Below, piece after piece: positions 28,653 through 39,700 of a DNA stretch of 64,000 nucleotides. The DNA comes from Promethearchaeota archaeon (lineage in GTDB: Archaea; Asgardarchaeota; Lokiarchaeia; Sigyniarchaeales; SOKP01), in contig JBHLNL010000004.1 in assembly GCA_048941605.1 (NCBI GenBank), positions 1 to 64,000 on the forward strand, read 5' to 3'. Position numbers and translations under genes: made by a program. Under the pieces are notes generated by a model. That model saw nothing but the letters and a program-made list of their open reading frames with translations. It made no database searches and was not told the DNA's origin. The first letter of the stretch is position 1. Each line of letters starts with the position of its first letter.

Positions 28653-30632
28653 TTAACCTATTTCTACATCCATTTTCTTACGGTCTTCTAATAGGGCATC
28701 TACAACTGATGGATCAGCTAAAGTAGTTACATTTCCTATATCTGTTCCTGCAGCAATCGCTTTTAAAATTCTACGCATAATCTTACCACTTCTAGTTTTA
28801 GGTAAATCATCAGCAAATTGGATCACATCAGGCTGGAACACTGGACCAATTTCTTGTCTAACGTGATTTCTTATCTCTTTAGATAATTTTGCTGACTTTT
28901 CGACCCCTTGAATCAATGTAACAAACGCCCAAATTGCTTGTCCTTTAATTTTATGTGGAAACGGAGCAACAGCAGCTTCTGCAACACTTGGATGGCTTAC
29001 CAGAGCAGATTCTACTTCCATAGTTCCTATTCTATGTCCAGATACTTTTATAACATCGTCCAAACGGCCAAGGATCCAGTAATATCCATCCTCATCTCGT
29101 CTTGCTCCATCACCTGTATAATAATATCCAGGATAGCGTTCCAGATAAGTTGATTTAAATCTCTCGGTATCACCCCAAACATCTCTTAGCATTCCAGGCC
29201 ATGGTTGTCCCATTGCAAAATATCCCCCCTCATCCGGTTCTGTAACTTCATCACCTTCGAGATCGAATATAACTGGTTTGATCCCTAAGAATGGCATACA
29301 GCAGGATCCTGGCTTGGTTGGAGTAGCTGTAGCAATTGGAGTCATAATAAAACCTCCAGTTTCAGTTTGCCAGTAAGTATCAACAATAGGACATCGTTCC
29401 TTTCCTACCACACGATGATACCATGTCCAAGCTTCTGGATTTATAGGTTCACCTACAGTTCCAAGTACTTTTAATGAGCTTAAATCATGTTTTTTAACTG
29501 GTTCATCACCATACCTCATTAAAGCACGGATCGCAGTAGGCGCAGTATAGAAATGAGTAACCTTATGGCGCTCAACAATATCCCAAAAGCGGTCAACATC
29601 AGGATATGTTGGAACTCCTTCAAACATTAAAGATGTAGCTCCATTTGTCAATGGCCCATAAACAATATAAGAGTGCCCAGTTATCCATCCTATATCAGCA
29701 GTGCAATACCAAATATCCTCCTCATGATGATTGAATACAACTTTATGAGTGAATGAAGTATAAAGTATATATCCCGCAGTAGTATGTTTTACTCCTTTGG
29801 GTTTTCCAGTTGTTCCACTTGTATATAAAATGAATAAAGTATCTTCAGAATCCATCATTTCGGGTTCACAATCTTCACTCATTCCCTCAATGAAGTCATG
29901 ATACCATATGTCTTTATCAGTATGAGGTACATCTCTTCCAGAACGTTTTACAACAATAACATGTTCTATGGTGGGGACATCATCAATAATTTGGGCCACA
30001 TCTTCCATCTTTGGATAAAATTTACCGGCTCTTAAGGTTTCATCACTTGTGAATAGAAGTCTAGAATCAGAGTCTTCAATTCTATCTTTAACAGCTTCTT
30101 TTGAAAAACCCCCAAAAACAATAGAATGAATAACACCTATTCGAGCGCATGCTAACATGATAATCGCAAGTTCAGGAACCATAGGTAACCAAATCGTTAC
30201 TCGATCCCCCTTTTTTAAACCTAAATTTTTCATTCCATTAGCAACTTTGCTTACTTCTTTTAAAAGATCATTATAAGTAAACGTTCGTAAATGACCGGGT
30301 TCATCTGCTTCCCAGATTAAAGCTATTTTTTCTCCTCTTCCTGCTTTGATATGCCTATCTATTGTATTATAGCTAACATTGAGTTTCCCACTAACAAACC
30401 ACTTGCCAGGAAATAACTCAGTTTTTTCCCAAACCTTATCATATGGTTTGAACCAATCAAGCGATTTTGCTTGTTCATCCCAAAAACCCTCCATATCCTC
30501 TATAGAATGTTTGTAAAGTTTTTTATACTCTTCCATAGACATTCCAGTTTTAGCATAATCAGGATTAAGATCGATGGGGTTAAATTTACGGGTTTCAGTG
30601 AGAATACTTTCCATTCTTTCTTCTTTTGACAT
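28653..30632 (-). CDS. acs: Acetyl-CoA synthetase (AMP-forming)
   Basis: 659 aa. YTSGTTGKPKGV, YWQTETGG, YYTGDGARRDEDGYYWILGRLDDVIKVSGHRIGT and LPKTRSGKIMRR (the conserved acetylatable Lys motif). Confidence 0.95.
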   Translation of the reverse strand: MSKEERMESILTETRKFNPIDLNPDYAKTGMSMEEYKKLYKHSIEDMEGFWDEQAKSLDWFKPYDKVWEKTELFPGKWFVSGKLNVSYNTIDRHIKAGRGEKIALIWEADEPGHLRTFTYNDLLKEVSKVANGMKNLGLKKGDRVTIWLPMVPELAIIMLACARIGVIHSIVFGGFSKEAVKDRIEDSDSRLLFTSDETLRAGKFYPKMEDVAQIIDDVPTIEHVIVVKRSGRDVPHTDKDIWYHDFIEGMSEDCEPEMMDSEDTLFILYTSGTTGKPKGVKHTTAGYILYTSFTHKVVFNHHEEDIWYCTADIGWITGHSYIVYGPLTNGATSLMFEGVPTYPDVDRFWDIVERHKVTHFYTAPTAIRALMRYGDEPVKKHDLSSLKVLGTVGEPINPEAWTWYHRVVGKERCPIVDTYWQTETGGFIMTPIATATPTKPGSCCMPFLGIKPVIFDLEGDEVTEPDEGGYFAMGQPWPGMLRDVWGDTERFKSTYLERYPGYYYTGDGARRDEDGYYWILGRLDDVIKVSGHRIGTMEVESALVSHPSVAEAAVAPFPHKIKGQAIWAFVTLIQGVEKSAKLSKEIRNHVRQEIGPVFQPDVIQFADDLPKTRSGKIMRRILKAIAAGTDIGNVTTLADPSVVDALLEDRKKMDVEIG

Positions 30633-30892
30633 TATTTTTCACTATTTTGAATTTCTTAACTTTAAAATTTTATAAATCTTTATTTTTGTTATTTTTTAAT
30701 TATTAACATTTAAAATTATTAGTTTATAGTGGATGATTCTAATTCAAAAAAGAGTTATATTAAATTTAAACATTTTATTTATAATTTCAAAAACATTATA
30801 ATGATGATAATGCAAATAATAAAGAAACTGAGTATTATATTTATATTTGAAAGATTTGAATTAAATTAGAAAGAAATTTCAAATGTGATAAT

Positions 30893-32782
30893 ATGATAGA
30901 AAATTGGAGAGAGAAGTGGAAAGATAAGGAAATAACAGCAGAGGAAGCAGTTAGCAAAATTATTCCGGGAAATAGGGTTTTTATTGATTCTGGATGTTCA
31001 GAGCCACAATTACTAACATCAGAATTAATTAAACAATCAGAGAAATTGATCGATACAGAAATTCTTCACTTTCTCACGATTGGACCTGAAAAATATTTTA
31101 AGGATAAAGCTGAAGATCTTTTTAGACATAATGCATTTTTCATTGGGCATACTCTCCGTGAAGAAATTAACAAAGGGCAAGCAGATTATACACCTATATA
31201 TGCAAGTGAAATTCCCTCCCTATTTTTAACCGGACGAAAACATATTGATGTTGCTCTCATCCAAGTATCTCCACCTGATCCATATGGTTTTTGTTCTTTA
31301 GGTATAAATGTAGATATTGCTAAACCAATAGCTCAATCCTCATATCTAACGATTGTCGAGATCAATCCACAAATGCCACGAACACTAGGAAATAGTTTTA
31401 TTCATATGAAGGAAATTGATCATTTTGTATTTAATGATACTGCTTTATTAGAATTTCATTTTGATGAACCAGACGAAATTGCAGAAAGAATAGGAAAGAA
31501 TTTATCAAATTTAATTGAAAAAGGATCAACTTTACATGTTGGTTTTGGTGATCTCCCAAATGCAGCTTTGAAATATTTAATGGATAAAAAAGATTTAGGA
31601 ATGCATTCTCATTATGTTACAGACAATATTATTCCACTGATCGAAGAGGGTATTCTAACCTGTAGAAAGAAAAATTTTCATCCTGAAAAAATTATCACGA
31701 GCTTCGCGTTAGGGACTAAAAAGTTATATGATTTTGTGAATAATAATCCTTTTATTGAATTTTATCCATCTGATTATGTTTGTAATCCTAGATATATAGG
31801 GATGAACAAAGATTTGGTGTCAATTAATTCTGCTCGACAAATTGATTTAACTGGACAAGTAAATGCAGCATCTGAGGGATATAGTTTTTATTCCGGGTTA
31901 GGAGAAACTATTGATTTTATGAGAGGAGCAGCATTTTCTAAAGGAGGAAAGCCCATAATAATAATACCATCAACGTCAAGAGATGGAGAAAAGTCACGAA
32001 TTGTACCACATTTAGATGAAGGAGCAGGAGTAATGTTATCTCGCGGAGATGCTCATTATGTTGTGACTGAGTGGGGTGTAGCCCACCTTCATGGAAAGAC
32101 GATTCGTGAAAGGGTGCTTGAATTGATATGTATAGCCCACCCAAAATTCCGGCAATCCTTATTAGATCAAGCGAAAAAATTTAATTATGTTTATTCTGAT
32201 CAAATGCTTCCTTGTGATGAAAATGGTCGTATTTGTTTATACCCTTTTGAATACGAGACAATTTACACCACAAGGGATAAAGAAAGAATTAAAATTCGAC
32301 CTGTTAAAACCACAGATGAGCCATTACTTAAAGAATTATACTATTCATTAAATGAACGAGATAGGTATTTACGATTTTTTGAGATCAGGAAAGAATTTAC
32401 ACACTCGAAAACTCAATTTGAAGTAAATATTGATTATAACAATGTGTTCTCATTAGGGGCATTTATAGGGGAAATTGGTAAGGAAGAAATGATAGGTAAT
32501 GCAACATATTATTTTAATCCTCAAATGAATATGGCAGAATATAGTTTTGTAGTTAGGGAAGATTATAGGGGAAAAGGAATTGGGACCTTTCTTTATCAGC
32601 ATATAATTATCATCGCTAAGGAAAAGGGCATAAAAGGATTTTATGGGAATATCCACTTTCAAAATAAGGAAACAATCCGTGTTATACATAAAGGGGGTTA
32701 TACAAAGATAACGCCTCCAGATGAAGGGGAAAAGGAGCTGTTTTATCGTGTTTTTTTTGATAAAGAAGATTCAATTAGTTGA
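30893..32782 (+). CDS. Fusion protein: acetyl-CoA hydrolase/CoA-transferase family domain (aa 1-~440) plus a Pat-type GNAT domain (aa ~464-629)
   Basis: The N-terminus resembles 4-hydroxybutyrate/acetate CoA-transferases (SGCSEPQ, VALIQVSPPD.YGF, DLTGQV, GGKPIIIIPST). The C-terminus, IRPVKTTDEPLLKELYYSLNERDRYLRFF...DY...AEYSFVVREDYRGKGIG, matches the GNAT module of bacterial Pat/PatZ. Confidence 0.75.
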   Translation: MIENWREKWKDKEITAEEAVSKIIPGNRVFIDSGCSEPQLLTSELIKQSEKLIDTEILHFLTIGPEKYFKDKAEDLFRHNAFFIGHTLREEINKGQADYTPIYASEIPSLFLTGRKHIDVALIQVSPPDPYGFCSLGINVDIAKPIAQSSYLTIVEINPQMPRTLGNSFIHMKEIDHFVFNDTALLEFHFDEPDEIAERIGKNLSNLIEKGSTLHVGFGDLPNAALKYLMDKKDLGMHSHYVTDNIIPLIEEGILTCRKKNFHPEKIITSFALGTKKLYDFVNNNPFIEFYPSDYVCNPRYIGMNKDLVSINSARQIDLTGQVNAASEGYSFYSGLGETIDFMRGAAFSKGGKPIIIIPSTSRDGEKSRIVPHLDEGAGVMLSRGDAHYVVTEWGVAHLHGKTIRERVLELICIAHPKFRQSLLDQAKKFNYVYSDQMLPCDENGRICLYPFEYETIYTTRDKERIKIRPVKTTDEPLLKELYYSLNERDRYLRFFEIRKEFTHSKTQFEVNIDYNNVFSLGAFIGEIGKEEMIGNATYYFNPQMNMAEYSFVVREDYRGKGIGTFLYQHIIIIAKEKGIKGFYGNIHFQNKETIRVIHKGGYTKITPPDEGEKELFYRVFFDKEDSIS

Positions 32783-32831
32783 TTAATCCAAATTTTTATT
32801 TTTCTTCTTTAATTATCGATCTTGTCTTTTT

Positions 32832-33626
32832 ATGAGGTTTAAATTTACTGATTTTCATGTTCACACTAGACCTTGGAGTGTAGATGTTGCAGAAGATGGG
32901 CCCACTTTTGAAAATTATATAAAAGTAGCAGAAGAGCATCAAATTAATATCTGTTTTCTTGATCATTATGAGCTTTATTATGTAGAGAATGATAAAACTA
33001 ATCCATTTTTTAATGGAAGAATTAATGACTATCTTGAAGAGATCGATATATTTAAAGAAACATATGATTTCATACTCAGTGGCTTAGAAATTGAGTATTA
33101 TGAGAATAAGGAGATCCAATTAATTGAGTTTATGGATGATTTTGAGAAAGAATTTGATTTTATTGGGGGATCTATACATGAATGGATAATTGGATATCCA
33201 ATCACCACAAGAGAGGGATTAAAAAGATTGTTAGAAAAAATGCCAATGAATAAAATTATAGATAATTATTTTGAAATAAGTAAAAAAATGATCAATTCAC
33301 AAATTTTTAAAAATTTCTGTCATATTGATACCATCTTTCGCTATATTAATAATAATGAATTCATACCAACAGATGATTGTGATATATCTGATAATAGAGT
33401 ACTCGATTTAGGCCGTTTATGTATAAAAAATAAAATAAAAATAGAATTAAATTTGTCTGGGTTGCGATTTCCAATAAATAGAACGTTTCCATCTATGGAA
33501 GTTATGAAAAAGCTAAAGAAAGAAGGAGTAGAATTTTTTGTTGGATCTGATTCTCATTCTTTAGATTACTTTAAAGATCAAATCCCTAAAGTTATAGATG
33601 CTTATAAATTATTAGATACATATTAA
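32832..33626 (+). CDS. PHP-domain phosphoesterase (HisJ-type histidinol-phosphatase family)
   Basis: FTDFHVHT, FLDHYE, GSIHE, HIDT and GSDSH metal-ligand motifs. Confidence 0.6.
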   Translation: MRFKFTDFHVHTRPWSVDVAEDGPTFENYIKVAEEHQINICFLDHYELYYVENDKTNPFFNGRINDYLEEIDIFKETYDFILSGLEIEYYENKEIQLIEFMDDFEKEFDFIGGSIHEWIIGYPITTREGLKRLLEKMPMNKIIDNYFEISKKMINSQIFKNFCHIDTIFRYINNNEFIPTDDCDISDNRVLDLGRLCIKNKIKIELNLSGLRFPINRTFPSMEVMKKLKKEGVEFFVGSDSHSLDYFKDQIPKVIDAYKLLDTY

Positions 33627-33648
33627 AAAAACTAGATGTTTAAATTAC

Positions 33649-34380
33649 ATGGAATTCAAAGACTTTTCAAGTAAAGTTGACAAATGGGATCAAAAAATTA
33701 TAATAAAATATAATGGATTTGGAGGAAAACCATTAACAATTCTTTTAAGATTTTTTTCTTTTTTTGGAAAAGAAACTTTGTGGCTTTGTTTAATTGCTTT
33801 TTATCTATTTATTTGGTATGACCCTTTTTTGTTAGCCTACATATCCGCTACTTTTCTTACTGGTTTAATCCTAATATTAGTAATAAAGCAAACAATAAAA
33901 AGAAAAAGGCCATTTGAAAGATTTGAAGAAGGTAAAATAACTGTTTATGAGCGTAAACCCTCGTCAAGAAGCTTTCCGTCTTGGCATTCCTATAATGTTA
34001 TGGCATATGGTTTATTATTTGGAATTCTCTTTTTAAAATCACCAATTATAATTGGATTGATGTTAATATTTTCTTTTATAGTCTCTTTTTCAAGGATTCA
34101 GCTTGGTGTACATTACCCATCAGATGTTATATTTGGATCAATATTTGGAATTATAGGTTTTTTGATAGCGATATATCTAGCTGGTCCATTAATATTTAAT
34201 ATGTTAACTTATTTAGAACAGTTTGCTCCTAATGAAATACAATATCAACAAATTAATTCATTGCTCTTGAATAATATTGGGTATTTGTTGCTTTCCTTAG
34301 GTATATTTTTGATTATATTTTTACTATCTATTAGTAAGTCAATCAAAGACTTAATAAAAAAGAATAAATTAAAGGTTTAA
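33649..34380 (+). CDS. PAP2-family (type 2 phosphatidic acid / undecaprenyl-PP-like) membrane phosphatase
   Basis: KRKRPF, SFPSWHS and SRIQLGVHYPSDV are the three PAP2 motifs. Multiple TM helices. Confidence 0.8.
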   Translation: MEFKDFSSKVDKWDQKIIIKYNGFGGKPLTILLRFFSFFGKETLWLCLIAFYLFIWYDPFLLAYISATFLTGLILILVIKQTIKRKRPFERFEEGKITVYERKPSSRSFPSWHSYNVMAYGLLFGILFLKSPIIIGLMLIFSFIVSFSRIQLGVHYPSDVIFGSIFGIIGFLIAIYLAGPLIFNMLTYLEQFAPNEIQYQQINSLLLNNIGYLLLSLGIFLIIFLLSISKSIKDLIKKNKLKV

Positions 34381-35615
34381 AGATCTAACCTTCTTCTCTT
34401 ACTAAATAAATCTTTTAACTCATTAAGAACATTTAATCTTGCATTTTCTTGAGGTCTTGAAGAGGGTTGATTAGGATTGGCTATTTCAATCGGTATTCCA
34501 CTTTGGGCAACTTGAAAAGCTCCTGATTCTATAGCCCGAAGTCGATTATCAAGATCATTAAGTTGCGTAGAAATACTTTCTGATAAACGAATGACAGCAT
34601 TCAAGGTTTCCTCTAAGGTTTTCCCCAGACCCTCTACTTTTCTAATAGTTGGATCAGTTAAAGAATGAGTTGCACTCATTAAATTTTTTACATATTTAGC
34701 AAATTGTGGTTCCCGTGAAATAAGAGAATATATCGAAGTTAAATATATTTCCACATCAAATTCGATCTTTTTACTTTTTAAAATTTCACTTAAGTTATCC
34801 TTTATAAGTTCAATATTTAGGAGTATTTTAGGGTCGTTCTTCAAATCAGGATCATACTTATGGAGGAAAATTAATATATATGGTGTTTCTTCTAGCATTA
34901 TTATTGAATCTAATATTTTACCAAAATATTGAAGAGATTCTTCAAATCTATCAGGATCTTGTACATCAACTACAAACATTAGTAAATCCAATTGGACAAA
35001 GTATTGCTCTGGATTACTTAAATACCGCTCTCGGTACTCTTCTTGCCCTCCAAGGTCCCAAATAAACAAAGAAAGATTTGTACTCCCAAACTTCATCCTA
35101 ACTACTCCTTTTGTTGGATGTGTTGATATCATGTCACTAATTCCTAAACGTCCTCCAAATTTGGATAGTAAAGAAGTTTTCCCTGCAGCATCTAATCCAC
35201 ACACAAGAACTTTTTGACCTTTGACTTCTAATCCTTCTTTTTCTTCTTTAATACTTGCTATTAGCGAACTTATGGTAACTGTTTTCTTTAATTTTGTTTC
35301 TAGAGTAGGGTATTTTTCTTTTAATTCTTCTAATTTTTTTTGTAAATCTATTGCTAATTCTATAGAATCATCAGTTTCTTCTATTTGAGTTATGCTTTCA
35401 AAGGGATTATCTTTATTTAACTTGGAAGCATCTTCAATAGTCGATATCTCTAGCAGTTGCTTCATTATCGTAGATTCTTCTTTATCAATAAATTTATAAG
35501 AGTTAAGATGTAGTTTTAAAACATCATCTATTTCTTTTAATTTGTTAATTTTAGCAGACTTTGGGTCTAAAAATTTCGAGACAACTTTTATCAGGCTAGA
35601 AACTTCAGTAGACAT
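34377..35615 (-). CDS. Arf-family small GTPase domain embedded in a 412-aa protein (N-terminal ~135-aa extension, C-terminal coiled-coil extension)
   Basis: G1 GLDAAGKTS (Arf signature), G3 WDLGGQEE, G4 variant HKYD. A helical N-terminal region and a C-terminal heptad-like region (LEETLNAVIRLSESISTQLNDLDNRLRAIE). Confidence 0.8.
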   Translation of the reverse strand: MSTEVSSLIKVVSKFLDPKSAKINKLKEIDDVLKLHLNSYKFIDKEESTIMKQLLEISTIEDASKLNKDNPFESITQIEETDDSIELAIDLQKKLEELKEKYPTLETKLKKTVTISSLIASIKEEKEGLEVKGQKVLVCGLDAAGKTSLLSKFGGRLGISDMISTHPTKGVVRMKFGSTNLSLFIWDLGGQEEYRERYLSNPEQYFVQLDLLMFVVDVQDPDRFEESLQYFGKILDSIIMLEETPYILIFLHKYDPDLKNDPKILLNIELIKDNLSEILKSKKIEFDVEIYLTSIYSLISREPQFAKYVKNLMSATHSLTDPTIRKVEGLGKTLEETLNAVIRLSESISTQLNDLDNRLRAIESGAFQVAQSGIPIEIANPNQPSSRPQENARLNVLNELKDLFSKRRRLDL

Positions 35616-35817
35616 TACAAATTACGATTTTTCTTTATTATTTATAGGTTGATATACTTTTTATTATTATTTATTAAGATACTAGTTAAAAAGATAAAGA
35701 TATAAATTTTCACAAGTCAATGTAAAATAGATCAAACTTATATATTTATTAATTTATGTAAATCTAAGGTCTAAAAAAATTAAAATTCAATTACTAACCT
35801 CCTACATTTTAAAAACT

Positions 35818-36741
35818 ATGCCAGCACATTTTGAAGATGACGATTTTTTTGAGGAAAATGGAGAAGAGGGACCTTCTTGTTGTGATAGTCCAAAAATTAG
35901 TGAGGAGGATGGTTTTTACGTATGTTTAAATTGTGGATTTGTATATTCACGTATTCTTGATGATAGTCCACGTAGAGCTTTTACTCAGGAAGAAATACAA
36001 AAAAGAAAAAGTAATGAAAGAGTTTATAGCCCAATTGGGCCTAGAACAATTATAAGAGGTTCTAGAGATGCAAGGGGTACTTTATTAAGCCCTAAATATA
36101 AATCTAAGTTCAATAGATTAGCCAAGATTCATAGATCCCTTACAACTAGTTATGAGAGAAATTTATGGATTGCATTACCAAATTTACAACGCCTCCAAAA
36201 GAGATTAGGAATTCCAGACGCAGTAGCAGAAGATGCACTTCGTATTTATACTCAAACAGTAAAAAAAAAATTAACTATGGGGCGAAGTATTGATACTTTA
36301 TTATCAGCATCGATTTTTGCTGCTTTAAGAGTCCATGGAATACCTAGAACAGCAGAAGAGATTACGAAAGTAGCTCAAATTCCTAAAAAGAAAGTGATAA
36401 AAAGTTATAGGCTAATTTTGATGGAAGTTTTACCTAAATTAGGCTTAAAAGTAACTCATTTTTCTAGCGAGCGCTATGTGGATAAATTTAATGAAGAATT
36501 AAAGCTTTCGATGAAATGTCGGAATATTGCTGTTAAAATTATTGAAAAGGCCAGAGAAAGTGGATTTAATTCTGCTGGAAAGGACCCGAAAGGGATTGCT
36601 GCTGCTGCTATTTATATTGGTTCTAAAATATGTAATGAAAACCGCACTCAAAAAGAAATAAGTAAATTAGCTAGGGTTACAGAAGTCACACTACGCATGC
36701 GAGTTAAAGATTTGCAAAAATATGCTAACATGGTAGATTAA
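35818..36741 (+). CDS. tfb: Transcription initiation factor B (TFB/TFIIB)
   Basis: N-terminal zinc ribbon CCDSP...CLNCG followed by two cyclin-fold repeats (GRSIDTLLSASIFAALR, GKDPKGIAAAAIYIG). Confidence 0.9.
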   Translation: MPAHFEDDDFFEENGEEGPSCCDSPKISEEDGFYVCLNCGFVYSRILDDSPRRAFTQEEIQKRKSNERVYSPIGPRTIIRGSRDARGTLLSPKYKSKFNRLAKIHRSLTTSYERNLWIALPNLQRLQKRLGIPDAVAEDALRIYTQTVKKKLTMGRSIDTLLSASIFAALRVHGIPRTAEEITKVAQIPKKKVIKSYRLILMEVLPKLGLKVTHFSSERYVDKFNEELKLSMKCRNIAVKIIEKARESGFNSAGKDPKGIAAAAIYIGSKICNENRTQKEISKLARVTEVTLRMRVKDLQKYANMVD

Positions 36742-36749
36742 AAAGCATT

Positions 36750-39700
36750 TTAATCCATAACATCGATTAAAATTTTCTCCTCTTCAAAGAAAGGAAAAAT
36801 ACTCATCATTTCTTTTATTTTTGGCAAGTAATTATCAAAATTATAGAGTTTTATATCGATCAAAAACAAAATTAACATAATGTAAAATGTTTCTTCTACC
36901 AATTTTTTATTAATTCCAAGGCTATTTAAATATTCGTTAAGATTGTTTTTAATAACCTTTAAGGATTCTTCTGCCTTTAAAAGAGCTAATCCATGCAGGG
37001 TTATCATTAAGGCACTAGCTTCGAGATCTTTCCTTTTAGAAAAAGTATAAGCTAAGTCTAAATATAGTTTTGCTGCTTCTTTAAATTTTTTTGATTCTAT
37101 CAACTCTAATATAGGTATATAATACCTTTTTCTCATTGGTCTTCTTTTTTTTAATAAACGTTCTTGATCTCTTTTAGCATCTAGGGCTTTAGCTTGTAAT
37201 TTACCATGCCTTTGGTCAATTTCTACCTGGATTTTGGACAATTCACCAATTTGTTTTCTTGAATATTCTTTTATTTTTGTTTCTTCTGAAAATTCTTCCT
37301 GTTCAATTAATATCTCAGCTGGTCTTTCATGGCTTTCTTTTTCTTGATATACTTCACCCATTACTTCAGATAATAAAGTTAATTCTTCTTCAAATAAAGG
37401 GAGGATATTGAATAGTTCTAAAGATTTTATATATTTTTCTTCGTCTTGAAAACTTTTCAAATCAATAATATACTCGATTAATGTAACTGCAAATGCTTCA
37501 GAAAATGATTTTTCTAACCCAGCTAATTCTTTTTTTGTGTTATTTAATAGTGTTTTAGCATCATCAAATTTGTTTTGATTCATAAGAATTAAACATGCTA
37601 CAGCTAAAGATACTCCTGCTAATTTATATTTATTAGTTAAATTTAATCGATTAATGGTTTTTTTGTAGATTTCAAGTGCCTCTTCATACTGTTGACTAGA
37701 TAAATAACTTAAACTTTCTTTGAAATATCCCCTTTTTAATCCTTTTCTTTCTTTCATATCACTTTCTTTATCTAATCTTGCTTCTTGCGCACGTTTTTCA
37801 ATAATAGTATCTTTTTCTTTTAATTCTTCTCCTTTTCGAATCTCTTTAGCTTTTTCAGACCTAACTTCGCTTTTTTTAGCTTCAAGTGCTTCGATTTTTT
37901 TATGAAGTTCTGTTTTATAAGTAGCTTTTTCAATTTTATCATTATAAACATGGGCTAGATGCAAGTTATCTAATTCAATATAAATTTCTGTAATTCTTTT
38001 ATAGATTTTGTTAAAAGTAATTCTAATATTTTCTTCTTTTTCTAAATATGCTGAAGCGATATTTAGAACCTTCTTGATTAATGCTTCTGCTTTATTGACT
38101 GCAGGGAGGAGATCGTCTTCAACTTCTAAAATTTTTAGAGCATTAGCTTTAATTATTTTTATGAAAAGAAAGCTAATTTCCTTAGATTGGTCATAAAGCA
38201 TTTGATCTCGGTAGATTCTGATTGAACTCTCAAAAATTTTAAAAATTCTTTCATAATCCTCTGATTCTCTAAGTTCACGTAATTTTTGAAGATATTTTGG
38301 AAAAATTCTGGTCAAATACTTTGTTTTCTTATCAACTGAGAGCTCAATAAAAATTAGGAAAAAATTTTCGAATTCTATGCCTTCTAATAATATATCTAAA
38401 GATTTTGTAAGAATTTGTTCTTTTATATCCTCTTTACCAATACTTCTGAGATATTCTGCATGTTTTTTTAAGAGATTAGCTGCTACCAGATGACTATTTT
38501 GTTTAACATATTCATTTGCTTCCGTTATTTTTTGAGTATTAATTTCAATAATTATTTCTTGTTCAGCTTCAACGAATTCCGTTATGATTTGGACACCTCT
38601 GTTGATATAATCTTCCACTTCTTTCTTTTTTAAAGTTCTAAATTTATCTTCAAGCTCATCTCGAACTTTTGCTAATTGTTTTTTTAGATTTCTTGAATTA
38701 AGCTTATCAATTAAAACAGTTGCTATTTCAAAATTATTAATTTCGAAAAATTGATTAATTAATTTTTCTAAAGTTGAATCTAAATCTAATTTTTTTACAT
38801 GATATGAGCTCCACATATTCTCAAGCTCATCATATGTATTTTTGGCAGCATGTTTTTTTTGTTCACTTATCTGCTGTTTGAAAAGCTTAATTAGAACTTC
38901 AGTTAGCTTGTTAGTTAAATCTTTTAATTCATCAAAAAGATCCTCTAATTGATATCTATTAACTGCTCTATATAGCTGTTCTCTTGCTAGCTCGAAATTG
39001 TTGATACTAGCTAAGTAATCTGCAGAAGATCCGATTTTGTTTGAAGTCTCTTTTAAAATGACTATAACTTCTTGATGTGGTAAACTTTGTAGAATTCTAA
39101 ATGCATCTTCTACTCTGCATGCTGAAATCCATGAATTTATTGCTAACCTAAATGCCTCATTTATTAATTCTTTATCTAATAATTCTATACTTGACCATTG
39201 AGCTGCCCTCTCATAGCTTTTAGCCGCTTTTTCATATTCATTCCGTTTGAAAAAAAAGTTTGCTTCTCTTATTATAGCTTCAGCATATAATTTCTTGAAA
39301 TTTACTGATTTGTGAATATCTACTTTTTCTAAAATTTTACTTGCTTCTAGATATAAATTCATTTTAGAATACAAGTATGCTGCTTGTTCACTAATTATAT
39401 AAAATTCTTCCTTATTATATATCTCGGCAATTTGGGCTGTTTTTCTAATAGCTTGAGCAGCATAATAATAATTTTGGTTATTAAAATATATATTTGCCAT
39501 TTGTATAAAGATAGGAAATCTCATCCAAGCATTTTCTATATTTAATGGTGTATCTCCATTAATTATAGCTAAACATAAAGCTTGAAGAGCTTGATGAAAA
39601 TCTTTAGGAGGAAGATTTACAAAGGCTTCAAGACTCGGAAAATTGACCCATATATGTGTTAATAAATCATTTACAGAGATAGGAAGAATTCCATTTTGAT

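Noticed and set aside
30801-30831. C/D-box sRNA-like motifs (atgatga ... ctga) in the acs / CoA-transferase-GNAT spacer
   Set aside because: Only one C-like and one D-like box, about 20 nt apart. There are no C'/D' boxes and no convincing terminal stem. Such motifs are expected by chance in AT-rich sequence.
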